Source of the DNA: Nemertoderma westbladi
Lineage: Eukaryota > Animalia > Xenacoelomorpha
Direction: 5' to 3'
Length of the DNA stretch: 64,000 bases
Assembly: GCA_032718475.1 (NCBI GenBank)
Contig: JAUCBJ010001241.1
Coordinates: 6,485-70,484, forward strand
Shown here: positions 36,610-48,832 of the stretch, one piece after another
How positions within the stretch are numbered: the stretch's first letter is position 1
How the letters are laid out: every line of letters begins with the position of its first letter
Made by a program: the position numbers and the translations under genes
Notes under the pieces: generated by a model
The model's database searches: none
Told to the model about the DNA's origin: nothing
The model's input: only the letters and a program-made list of their open reading frames with translations

Positions 36610-38220
36610 AGAGATGAATTACTCATCGCAGGTGCCTCTAGATGATATACCAACCATTTCTGCACAAACTATCAAAGCTGCTATCTGCCAATTTACACGG
36701 GGGAAATCACCCGATATCAACTCCATGACTGTTGAGCACTTAAACCATACTAACGCCGACTCCATGTCCCTGAAGATCTCACATCTTTTCAACGGATGCT
36801 TCAGACTAGGAAGAGTCCCAGACTCCGTCGGGCTAACTATAATATCACATCTATATAAGGGAAACACACGAAGTCCACTAGCTAAGAAGTCATATCGTCC
36901 TATTTCTACAGTTCTGTTACTGGCAAAAGTTATGGGTGTAATTCTTAATCTCTATTTCACATAGATTCGAATAACTGGACAAATAATTACCAGTTCGGAT
37001 ATAAATCTAAAATCGGAGTAGACATTATCATCTCAACTATTCTAGAAACGATAGAATACTACAGGAGAGGAGATACTTCCTTGTTTCTATGCCAGCTGGA
37101 CAGCGTTTGATGAAGTTGATTTTGAAATTCTGTTTAGGAATCTTAATGGTAGACTCAATCCATATGTTTGTTTAACCCTGCTTGATTATTACTGTAAAAC
37201 TGTGGCAATCTCAAGTTTGATGATTCAATTGAAGGAATTGGTTTCGCAGTCCATAAAGGCGTCAAAAAGGGGTCGATTATCTCACCTGTCCTATTCCATA
37301 CATATTGCAGACGTTATGAATAGGTTGGAAGACTGGGTTTTGATGAGGCATTTTGAATCACTGGCTTGGTGCAATAAAATATGCTGATGACCTTCTGCTA
37401 CTATTATATGATGACCTCTGCTATAACAGTGCCAGATATTGAAAAAATGGTAGATATTGTGGTCCAGGAAACAGTTAAAAAGCTACAAAGTCCAACTGGA
37501 TACATACATCCACCTCACCGCATCCAACATTTATTAAAATTAATGGCTCCTATATCCCTGAAAGTAAGTTGATATAATTCCTAGAATCTCTCGAAATTGG
37601 ATACAATAATCATGATTGATTTGAAAAATGTATTCGGTGTATCAGCGCCATTGCTGACAGTTTCCACAGGAGGAGCTGGACAATTCATCGATTTGATGCG
37701 AGTACCTTGTCAATTCTTTGGAACTGTGTTGCCCTTCCAGCGATGCTTTACAGTGCACGATAGGTTCCCTGAATAGCAACGAAATTGAGAAGTTGGACGC
37801 TCATCATAGAACACATCAACGGGAGTTATTGTGTGTGGAATCAGTTACTTACAACATTTTCAACTGCAATTATTTCTCTACTGAAGCTTTGAAACTAGCT
37901 CTCGGCACAATTATTCGTATATATGATTGTCCTAACTCCCACTGCACAATATTCTGCATACATTGATTGAGTTGAATGATGATATCATTCAGTATAAGAG
38001 AATCGGTAGTGCATTCAATCGGGCTAGTCGCGACTTTCCTCTTCCATCCATGATGTCTTTACTTACCTACAAATATCATAAAAAGAACATGTTATCCAGA
38101 TTGGATCGGTGCAAACCGACTGCGTCCGACACTGCATCGTCCTGTTTTATAACAAACTGTTACAGAACGCCATCAATTTCCTTCACGGAAAAGCATAATC
38201 GTATTATGCAGTACTTTAAT
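36610..38220 (+). mobile_element. Decayed non-LTR RT (RTE-X-like)
   Basis: Frameshifted motifs GKSPDINSMTVEHL, SYRPIS, QFGYK, AFD, GVK.G..LSP and YADD (TATGCTGATGAC at 37380). Confidence 0.75.
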
Positions 38221-38524
38221 TAGTCCTGCTATGCAATAGTGTGTGTTATAATGCGATCTCAATGATTATCTTTTATCTCTGTTAGACCGACCCTTTATAA
38301 TGTGCATATGCCTAGGTGGGTTAATTTATTTAATGTCAGGAATATTTAACTTTTGATGCATTTATGGGACATATCCATTTTTACTAATATTGACATCGTG
38401 CCAGTCTAACTGGTTTTACGTTAATAAATAATAATAATAATAATTATCTATAATTCCATTTTTGTTAGTACTATTCTTCAAACAGGGTATATTGCACAAC
38501 ATAATGCATAATTTCTTACAAAAA

Positions 38525-40415
38525 ACAAAATGGCCAATTTGTGACTTGTGAGTTTGACTAATGTAGCCCATACGGGTGAGTAGCTTACAAGGCTGTTTCT
38601 GGAACTGGGTATTGGCCAAAACCAGCTCATTCGCTCCTGAAAAGCTCCTCAATAATAACAGGGTATTGCCTGATAACTTTATAGAAGTAAAAGTGTCTGA
38701 GTCTGTACTCCCAGATATTCCCATTGGTGATATCACCTTTGCAGAAGTGAAGGCTGCTGCAAAGAGCATTAAGACCAATCGTGCCAGTGGAGTAGATGGT
38801 GTTCCCCCTGAGGTCTTTAAAATACCTGAGTGTTTAAAGCTCATCTATCCTATCATAGTAGACATGTACCGTACAAAAAGAGTCCCACAAGAAATGAAAA
38901 CAAATAAGTTGGTGCCAGTTCCCAAGAATGGCAACCTAACACTCTATGGTTCTTTTCGGCGAATCTCATATATCTCGATTGCTGCAAAGCTATACAATAG
39001 TATTCTATTAAATCGCATCAGGGATCCCATTGAGAGACTGCTCCGTGGAAATCAGAATGGGTTCCGTAAAGGTCGTGGGACTTTTGGCACTTAGAAGGAT
39101 AATTGAAGAGTTATCAAAAAAGAAAGACAGGCATCTGGCTGTTATCTTTGTTGACTTCTTCAAGGCCTTTGATTCAGTCTCTCGCTCACGTATGTTCAGC
39201 ATACTTTCATTATATGGGATTCCTGATGAAATAATTGCAGCAATCAGATCAGTATACGATGGTTCGACAACATTTGTGTCTACTGTTGACGGTGACACAG
39301 AACCATTTGAAGTGTTATGGGGCGTCCTCCAGGGAGTCACACTTGCACCATTCTTGTTCATAATTATTGCAATAATAATAATTATTATTATTGTTCATAA
39401 TGATGATGGGGTGATGATAACTCCACCTACTGGCTCCATAAGTCGAGGAAATCCTGCCAAGTACCTAACTGATCTAGACTTTGCTGATGACTTAGGAGTA
39501 CTCTCAGAATCACTAGAGGGCGCCCAACGGCTCCTCAGCTCATTAGAACATGCTGCTTCTAGTGTTGGTCTTTTTATTAACTCCAGAAAGACCAAAATTT
39601 TGACAGTTAACTTTGAAAGTCCTCAGCAAGTCTCTGATCGGATGAGCATAAGCTCAAAAGATGGTATGCTTGAGCATGTGGATGACTTCTGTTACCTGGG
39701 ATCATGGATACGGAAGTCAGGTGAGAACCTTCGAATACGTAAGGGAAAGGCATGGGCAGCCTTGAATAGGCTTTCCAGGATTTGGAAGTCACCGAGAATT
39801 AATCGGAAACTTAAGGTCCGGTTATTTAGAGCAGCAGTAGTTCCAGTACTCCTCTATGGGAGTTCATGCTGGGCTCTAACTGCTGAGGACACCAAATCTC
39901 TGGATGGCACATTCACAAGAATGCTACGCCGGGTTCATTGTGTCAAGTTCAATGCACACATCTCCAACCAGACACTATATAACATTGGAGGTGTCTCATT
40001 GGTTCCCCCAAGCTTGACACTAGAACAAAATCGCCTCCGCTTTGCAGGACATTGCTTTCTCCGTGAGGACCAGCCAGTGCATAATCTTGTACTTTGGCAG
40101 CCTCATGGAGTGAATAAGCATGGTGGACAGCCCATGACTTTCTTGAGACGCATCTTAAAGGACACTGGCCTTGATGATGCGGATGATCTAGCAAATGTCA
40201 TGGGTGATAGGGAATTGTGGCGGTGCAATTTTGTCGATAAGCCGGCACAGCATTCTTAAAAATGCAGCTGCAATGCAGCATGCCGATCTTAGTAGTAGTA
40301 GTAGTAGCTCATTCGCAAGGTCTGGAAGATAGATAACCTGATTTTGCAGAGTTGCATCCCCATGGCAGCAAGGCTTGGTTAAGGTTAAACATGTTCCTTA
40401 TGGAAGATGTCCTAG
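38525..40415 (-). mobile_element. Older RTE endonuclease fragment split by the 38635-40305 insertion
   Basis: Removing the insert restores a minus-strand reading ...AMGD...DLANELVLANTQFQKQPCKLLT...HKSQIGH. Confidence 0.6.
38635..40305 (+). mobile_element. Young 5'-truncated RTE-clade LINE with (TAG)n tail and 11-bp TSD
   Basis: RT motifs ASGVDGVPPE, NQNGFRKGRGT, FVDFFKAFDSV, GVLQG, DFADDL, YLGSWI and RLRFAGHC. Frameshift near 39085; stop 40259; (TAG)6 tail; TSD AGCTCATTCGC at 38624-38634 and 40306-40316. Confidence 0.93.
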
Positions 40416-41989
40416 GGTAACAGAAGAAAACATTACTTGCCTACGCCTAATCTAACAACTACCATATGAATAATAATTAATTATCATATTTGTTTGATTG
40501 TTTATATGTCAGCGTAAGTGTACAGTAGTGGTTGGGGAACGACGAACGTGTGAAATATGCATTGTACTTTTTTAAATACCAAATATCAAAATTTCAATTT
40601 GATTTTTTTATAATTTAATTTCTTAAAATAATTTAATTCCATATGACTATTAGGACATGCGCAGTTGCGCACTACTGAGATAGATAATTAACTTTTCTTA
40701 AGACCAAGCTTGGAAAACTAGTTTGTGGACACTTTGACGTAGGTGTGTAGCTTTTTTTTTTATAGATTTTACTTTTATAAATCCCATCACTATCATTCAT
40801 TCACGATGAATGAGTCCGCATGCCTCTAACATAATAGAAAGGACCAGTCTGCGAGAGATCTTGTTATATGACAGCTGGCGAGTGGAAACATCTGCTATAA
40901 TATAATAAATGATCTTGATAATGAAGGCGAATTACGGTTTTTTGAGGAGGGCACAGAAATTTACGGATTCTTTTAGAATTTTGCTTGTGTGATCGATGCG
41001 CGCGTTGATCAGGATATTCACCTCTCATGATGTTACCGTTTTTCGTTCCTTACAAGAGTTTATTTTAGTAGTAGTAGTTTATTGACGATAATATTTCACT
41101 ATAAGAAATAATGGACAGTAATACAGATCGTATAATGAATAAAATTAAATCTTACATCACTAACGAAAAATTAACACAAAATTTATCTACAGTATAATAT
41201 AAATTGGCATAGCGCACAAGAGCACATTACATTATGACTTTGGGCAAAATGTTCTATTTACAACAGTATTTAGGGTTGCGTATTATAATATAATTAATTA
41301 CAAACTTAGGCACCGTTGCAGTGTCTCGTACTTATTGTGCGATGCGATACTCAGCTCTAACCCAAGTTAATTAATGTTCTATATAGTGCCGAGAACCAGT
41401 GATGCGTAGTGTAGCGTGTTGGCAATCAAGAGAGAATTGAGAGCCCATCGGTTCATATCCAACGGTGCGTGAACCGTGTGCGGAACTACCCGTCGACAGG
41501 TATTTTGGTCCCAATGGTTAGTCTATCGGTACTGAAGCGACCCGCAATAAGCTTCACAACTGCAATTTATATATTAGTGGTAAAGGGAGATTTTGTCCAC
41601 TTTTTGGTTACAATAGATCGATTAAGTACGAATCTACCATTGAATAAATTATGAAAATTTGTTTTGTTTATTGTTGGTGAAAATAAATTGAGAATAATTT
41701 GTTTTTAATTTTTAATAAATAGTTGTTGTGGAATTAGATAATCTTATACTTGTAGTGTATCATTTAGTATTAGTCATAAAACATGAAACTATAATTTATG
41801 TACATTATTATAATAATTTAATTACATTCATACTTATGACTGGTACTTAATGAATACGTGCTAATGTATTCCCTCCCACATTGTTTTGATGACCTTATAA
41901 CAAATTGATTACGAACAAGACCACTTAAATTTTGCCTAGATAGAGATAAATGAGATGTACATAGATATATATAATACAATATATATAAA

Positions 41990-42880
41990 ATAAACCGAAT
42001 GCATTTCGACCTAATGGCTCTTTCAGCGTTAAAATATTTTAAATGGCATCAAATTACTGTGTATAAGAGTTATAACATAAGAGGGTCCAATACCAATATC
42101 ATGTAAAGTAGTTAAAGTTCCATTGTATAGAATGTCATTGTTGAACATATTGTTAGGCTCCTATTATTGTTGAGGTTCAGATTAGTGGTGTTTGGGGATT
42201 CCCCTTATTTTTAACAGTTCAATGAAGGCTTAAATGAGTTTATGAAATGGTCTTCATACGTTAGTAGTAATGGTCAGTCATTGAAAAAAAGGCGTTATTG
42301 TAAATTTTCCCCTCCCACAATTTTTAATGTGCTCGCTGCATTTCATGTTTTTGGCTCCTGTCACGTGTATGTGGTTATTATATAGATTAGTTCAATGTCT
42401 AAAGTTCATTGTTTGTCCAATATAACCCTTTTTGCATACTTCACACGTCATTGCATATATTATATTCTTACTGTTGCAGTTCAATCTGTGCCGAAAGGTG
42501 AAAAGTTCTTCTGAGTTTTTGAACTTAACTGCAGTGACTACCCCTATGACGTCACAAATTTCGCAAGTTGCTTTTTTATTTTCACATTTCTTTGATCCAG
42601 GCAATCCTTGTGGTTTGGGTTTTCTTTTTAATGTAGTTCTTAGCGACGGTGGTTGTCTCCTGGCAATAATAACTTGTTTATCATTTAGACTATCACCCCT
42701 GGGTGTTTTTTCTGACATTATTCTGAATAATTGGTTTCAATTTAGTGTTTAAGTGGCAATTTATGTTGGGGTTATGTATCTTATGTTATATATTATATCT
42801 TATGTGGACGGTGTTATGCAAAAGGGTGTTATCCCACATTTTGTCGAAATTGAGTTTTTGGTATCATTCGATAGAGGAAA
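41990..42880 (-). mobile_element. Penelope-like element 3' part (GIY-YIG endonuclease, decayed)
   Basis: ORF 42392-42718: RRQPPSLR, C....C..C, LNCNSKNIIYAMTCEVCKKGYIGQT. It continues past the stop with CSEHIKNC...YEDHFIK, and a hammerhead-like motif lies downstream. Confidence 0.85.
41993..42030 (-). ncRNA. Degenerate minimal type I hammerhead ribozyme (Penelope pLTR)
   Basis: Minus strand AACG-CTGAAAGA-GCCATTAGGTC-GAAA-TGCA-TT-CGGTT: CUGA..GA and GAAA boxes with a palindromic stem III, at the expected position behind a PLE ORF. Core and stems are imperfect. Confidence 0.5.
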
Positions 42881-44207
42881 GTGTAATCTACCTAATTTAT
42901 GTGATCCTATTACCCAATAATACGTAGAAATGCCTTAAAAATACAAGAAAGTTAAGCCACATTCCGGATTTGTGATTAGATTAGTCAAAGAGTGTTAAAC
43001 CACAAATAATATTGCAAAAAAGATTTAATCCACATAATAATTTTGTGGCTTGACATCTTTTGACATCTTTTTGCAAGTAGGCCTACAGTACTGTATGACA
43101 CCTTTTGACAATTTAACGTTTTGCTAAATATTAAGTTTTCCAAAAGTGTTAAGCCACATTTTGATCAATATTTCGGAGAAAATGCTATATTCTAGCACAC
43201 TAACTTGAAAAATACTTTAATTTCCATAAATGTTTTCTTATAAAAACACAACAGTATCTGGATAATACAACAACGATCACACAGGATGTTAAAAACTTTG
43301 ACATCGATTATCTCAAATTGAACTTTTGTGGCTTAATACCCTTTCTCCCGCCCTGTCTCGTGAATTCAATTGGAAATTACATAAATTTGTTAACATTGTT
43401 TCAATGGGCTGCGGTAAACCGCAATTTGGCTCGTTCACATTCAGCGGTGTACCGGGCCTTAAAATTTCTTACGGACTGTATTTATCGGTATTAATATTCG
43501 TTACATTTGATTATTGTGACAATTATTTCAGTTTGAAGTTGTATAAAAATATTTAGCGAACACTATGATTAAATCAGTAATCATAACTAACTACACCCCT
43601 TTAGATTTGTAGCTTTATGGTAAATATATGCCATACTAATCTTACCATTTGTGTGGCATTCGCTTGTGTATGTCTCAATATAGGCTCTATTCACAATTTT
43701 GTAAGGCTCCACCCATCACCATTCTGCAATATAAATCAATAATTCCAATCAGTGAATAATTCATGTAAATATCTTCCATCCAATGTTAATATTTTCATTA
43801 ACAGGTGCGTTTGTTTAAATTTATTGTATAATTTATGCAAAATATTTATAAAAAATTAGTTATCTTTGTTTTGCGACGTGTGTGTGTGTGTATGCGCCTT
43901 CTAACATTACTTGTTGGGTTGGTCTAATATTATTAATAATATACATGCCATTCATTATATTGATCACTTCTTGATTGAGCTAAAATCTATTAGGTAGTTT
44001 AGCTACTTTCGAATCTTATCATTTCCTCCTACAGTTTAATATAATAATTTATCCGTATATTTTTGTTAGTATCTATTCCTAAAATGAACAATGATCTTAT
44101 TCAGATAGTAAAGTATCTAAGATACTTAATGACGATAAAAATAATGAACTTCTCAAGATGAACATTTGATTTTAAACCTATGAATTACGTTATCTACACC
44201 CTGTTTG

Positions 44208-44344
44208 GGACAGTAATTAGGTGCTGCCGACCATCCTGGGTCATTTATCTCGAATAATCGGACCTGTGTTGACAGTTGACACATCTCCTATTATTGAAGA
44301 TAAATGACTTTGGATGATCGGTGGCAGCAAAGGGATTACTGTCC
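44208..44344. repeat. 137-bp imperfect hairpin
   Basis: Nested pairs GGACAGTAAT/ATTACTGTCC, TGCTGCC/GGCAGCA, CATCC/GGATG, GTCATTTATCT/AGATAAATGAC, AATAAT/ATTATT and TGTGT/ACACA. Confidence 0.85.
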
Positions 44345-45744
44345 TTCCACTACTTTGATTCGGCACCACTGATACAGAAGAACCATCACTCTAAAAGTTA
44401 CTGATAAATGTTAGCTGATAGTTGTTAGATAAAAGTTAAATGATATTAAAGTTATTGTTATTTCATACAACGAGAATATCATTGTTGATAAAGTAAATAC
44501 CCACCTCTATCATCGTTGTGTAATATCAAATAAAAGGTAATGAAACGGATTTAGGCATAAAATTTGCCTACTATATTGTGTTACCCATAATAATATTATT
44601 CTTACGTTGCCATTGTTTGTTAAAGCATAATACCCCACCCATACTTAGATTATATTTGCTTTTAATCAGAAAGGAGATTTATTGTGTACAATATTTTGTT
44701 TTGATATATTGTGTACAATACATTAGTACAGTACTTTATATTACTGTAGTTTGAGGATTAATACATTGTGCAGTTCAGTTATAAAAATATTATTGTGATG
44801 TGGAAGTTTGGGGTGGAGGCGTGACTGTGTCTACATCTATATTGGATGAATGCATTGTTTTTTTACATATATTCCCTTGACGTAAACATTTGCATCTGAC
44901 TCTAAACTTTAATTACAAGTTTTAAATTATAATATTTTCCAGTTTAATTACGGTAACTATTAATACGTCATTGTACTTTTTAGTCGACGTTTAGATGTAC
45001 TGTATGTTTGCTAGTGTGAACGTATGCCACAGGGGCCTCATATAATAATAGTAGGTCGTAGGTTGAACGCTAGTGATTATATAAGCTTCTACTTCTACAA
45101 TACCATCTGCTCCTTAACTTCTTCAACAACTACAAGTACTACTACTACAACTAAAACCACTATTTATCAATTAAACTCGAAGTATTTGTCATTGGAAGTC
45201 AACGGACCATACTTTTTATAATTATTATTGGTGTTTTGGGTGAATCAGTAGTTTCATATTATAGGCGAGTAAATCTAGCCAAAAAAGGGGGTCAAGCCAT
45301 AACAAATTCGCAATTCAACCAAACCAAACCAATTTAATTTATCTTTGTTCTATATTACCTTGTTTATATTTAATACCAAAAAATGATATAAAAATATATT
45401 ATGCGGATCAGGTTCAATTTCCTGTTTCTTTCCTTAGCAACATGGATTTTACATAGCAAAAAGGGGTCTACTGATGGGATTTTCTACAAATTTGGTACAG
45501 ACACTCTTTACTCTAATATTGACTATCGATTGACTGAAGTATGCACTTCTAGATAGTTACCAATTTAGTTTCCAGAGCCTAATCATTTAACCTTTTTAAT
45601 ACCAAATTTGCTGGTACAATAAAGTGAGCATAAAGTGATTTTATTTACACCACTTCTCTACTAAACGGGTGGATGTTACCTCGCCCATCGGATTTATTGA
45701 CCTCAAAATATGAAAGTTAAAATTTTTACCTAATATGTTTTTCC

Positions 45745-46670
45745 TATATAGGTTTTCTAGAGCGCTGAAACCATTGGAAGAAGATATTTAACAATCATCC
45801 GGATACTATAAATGGCAGTTTTAGTCCTCTATGTAGGCAATAATGAAAAAAACAAGTAACCAGCACTTTTCGTTTTGAACAGAAAACATTTAATTTACTT
45901 ATACCATGCTATAAATTCATTTGTTAGGTTTTTCTGGGGCGCTGATTCTAATGGAATACATTTTATAATGCTTCATATCAATACAACTCGTATTTATCGG
46001 CGTAATATGGCAAATTTTGGTGCTAGCACCAAATTTCGCACCCACGTCCGTAAAATACAAGCTTCAGATGCCCATTGCTGTTTTTACTAATTCCATCGGA
46101 TTCAGCACCCTACCACAATACGATTTTACTATCTGTTTTGATCAATTTGCTTAATTTCAAAATGTTGGTATTGCACAAAAATTTTGCACCCACTTCCGAA
46201 AAATACAAGATGGAGATGTTTAACTAGATTTTCATTTATTCCATTGATTTCAAAAACCCCATAAACCTGTAAAATGCTAGAAACAAGATGTCACATTAAA
46301 TTGAATATTGGAAAATATTAAAATTATATTTTAGAATTTTAAAATTTCGTGTTGGAACCAAATATTGCACCCGGCATCGAAACATTCAAGATCAATTTAC
46401 CATCAAATTACAATATTGACAAATGTTCAAATTTATGTGCCTGCACCAAAATTTGGCACCCGCCGAAAAATACAAGTTTGAAATTTCTAGCACATTTTAT
46501 ATGTATTCCGTCGAAATGCGAACACCAATAACCGGTGTAAATAAAAAATAAATGTGTTACCATTCATATTTCATGAAAATTAATTTTCAAAAACGTCTCA
46601 AAAATAGTGCCAATAGTGGGTTAAAAAATGGTGCTATAACTCGAAAAGTTCCCAATATTTTTTAAAACCA
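45745..46670 (-). mobile_element. Truncated inverted relative of the 61694-63267 element
   Basis: ATGGTGCTATAACTCGAAAA (46629) is the reverse complement of TTTTCGAGTTATAGCACCAT (61857). Shares the GCACCAAA...GCACCC...AAAATACAAG ~160-bp subrepeats. Confidence 0.8.
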
Positions 46671-47665
46671 TATATATATACATATACACATATATGCACA
46701 TATACATATATATACGACCAATATAATTATTACATATGACGACCAGTATAATTAAGTGTATAGGCCCGTCGCCGTATGCATCAGAGTCAAAAGAATGTAA
46801 TGGGTGAATGCAGACCTACTGTACGCGTAAATAATGATATTAAAACAGGGCACAGTGATAAAACGAGTCAGATCAGTGTGTGAGGTGTGAGAGGTACGAT
46901 CTACGAGCGATACTAAAAATTAAATGGCACTACGAAGAGGATTTATGAATCATAATCATACCAGTGACTACGGGGTAGAGCTGATAGATGAGTTCACAAT
47001 CCGACTGTAGGGCTCTTAAACGTATGTTCATATACTGAAGTACACAGTTTAAACCCACGTTAAAAGTCCTATGTGATTGTGATGGAGACGGTCGAACATC
47101 ATAAACCATATCTAAGGACCAGCAATCACCTAAATAGAGTACCACAAAATTGAAAAAAGTTTTTATAAAATCAAGAATAAAAAAAGACGTGGCAACTCGC
47201 GCTTACCCATTCCTCATGTTTGTCGCCATCGCAATGGGAAGGATAAAGGATCAGGGGGCCGAGCCTCCGAGGTTTCCAAATCCCAAAAGTGAGACAGATT
47301 GACAGGCTGTATTCTAGAAAAGATACTGTATAAGGACTTGTCAGATGACGAAGTGCACTTGTGGAGAGATAACAAACAAAACCTACGCATAGCCATAGAC
47401 TATACGTACCATACGGCCAGACACTACCGGTTACCGGTACACGATCTCACCTGTAACCTGTCTTCCCGTAGCAGAACAAACCATAGGCCTACACCTGTAA
47501 CAGTACAGCAGTATAAGTATAAGACATCCTTATGGTGTTAGTGACATTTTTATAGTCTGATAGTAGACCCAACTTTCTGGTACCAGTTGGTCTGATATAC
47601 CCTATATACCGGTACATGTAATCATTGGTATAATTGTTTGATTTGTATTATTAGGCCAATTGAAC

Positions 47666-47699
47666 AGTCTGAAATAGGCCGGAAGCCCGAAACGTTACT
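47666..47699 (+). ncRNA. Degenerate minimal hammerhead-like motif
   Basis: AGT-CTGAAATA-GGCCGGAAGCCC-GAAA-CG-TT-ACT: stem I AGT/ACT, stem II GGC/GCC and GAAACGT as in Penelope-type minimal hammerheads. The core CUGANGA is mutated. Confidence 0.45.
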
Positions 47700-48265
47700 C
47701 AACTAACAGCACCGAGTGTTTTCATTGTCAGCGATAGACCCTCATGCCCCAAATCCACAAACCACTTAATGGTGTGTTGTGGTGATAACATATTAGACCA
47801 AAACGCCATTTACCAGTTTACCGCAGTCTCTCTATGTACGTACAATATACATAGTGTAAGATGAGAAACCGACCGCAGATGTTGCTTTGTTATTCTATTC
47901 TTCCATTGTTCCATACAAAGCATATTATTTATTATTGAATGAATTGCGATGCAAGATCCATGTTATATTGCTATCAATCTGGAATCTATTTTTGTTAATC
48001 CGACAAACAAATTGGAATCGCTCTCCCTCATTAAACATACTATCGTTTGGGATATATCTCATCCTTATATAGATAAGAAGGATACTTTTTTTTTTATAAA
48101 TTCACATTTACAGAATCTGGTAAATATTCCTTTTATGTGGTAATATCAAAACACTGGTAAAACATTAGTGTTTGCGTGATTTTTATATACTGTAGATTTA
48201 AATTTTCTTGAAAGAACCATCTTGTTGAGGTTGACTAATCAATTGGTATCTTTACGGTATCTTTC

Positions 48266-48350
48266 TGTGGCGGTGCAATTTTGTCGATAAGCCGGCACAG
48301 CATTCTTAAAAATGCAGCTGCAATGCAGCATGCCGATCCTAGTAGTAATA
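48266..48350 (+). mobile_element. Very short (~85 bp) 5'-truncated copy of the RTE family
   Basis: Near-identical to 40216-40295 including the TAG tail; TSD GGTATCTTTAC at 48245-48255 and 48351-48361. Confidence 0.9.
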
Positions 48351-48614
48351 GGTATCTTTACTATGGATGGTTTATTATTAACTGATAAGTCTTAATACTA
48401 ACAATAGCGCGATAGTAATAAAAACATTTCAATAGTGCAAACGTTTCGATATATTACATCATATGTGGAGTTATACCAAAATTCGAACCCACGGCCTCCA
48501 GAGAGATGTTAATTCAATGCAACCACTACACAAACGTGGCACCTGGTGATCAGTATTATTTATAGTATATTCATTTTTACCTAGAATATTTAGTTTGGTA
48601 ACCAATAATTTGGC

Positions 48615-48770
48615 TAAGTTATAAGCTTGAGGAGTATCAATGGCAGATAAATTAGGGGGAGTTGGACATCCTGACTTATGAACTTTGGGGAGTCCGTATA
48701 GTATTCCCAGATGGGTTCTAACCGGTTGTAAAGATTTGAACTCATTTATTAACCGATTGAATGGAGCAAT
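48615..48770 (-). mobile_element. Penelope-like RT N-terminal fragment
   Basis: Minus-strand translation INEFKSLQPVRTHLGILYGLPKVHKSGCP.P..LSAIDTPQAYNL matches the PLE motif YGLPKxHK..PLRPI.S. Confidence 0.8.
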
Positions 48771-48832
48771 TGGGCAACAAACAGAAGCTTATGTGTGCCC
48801 TTTGGCCAACTTTAAGAGGAATGAATTAAGCC

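Noticed and set aside
38525-38634. Apparent 5' inversion (twin priming) of the RTE copy
   Set aside because: The TSD at 38624-38634 and 40306-40316 shows the inverted piece is an older target element that continues on the far side.
42950-43350. Repeated TTAAGCCACA motifs suggesting a TIR element
   Set aside because: Only one plausible terminus; boundaries and family cannot be supported.
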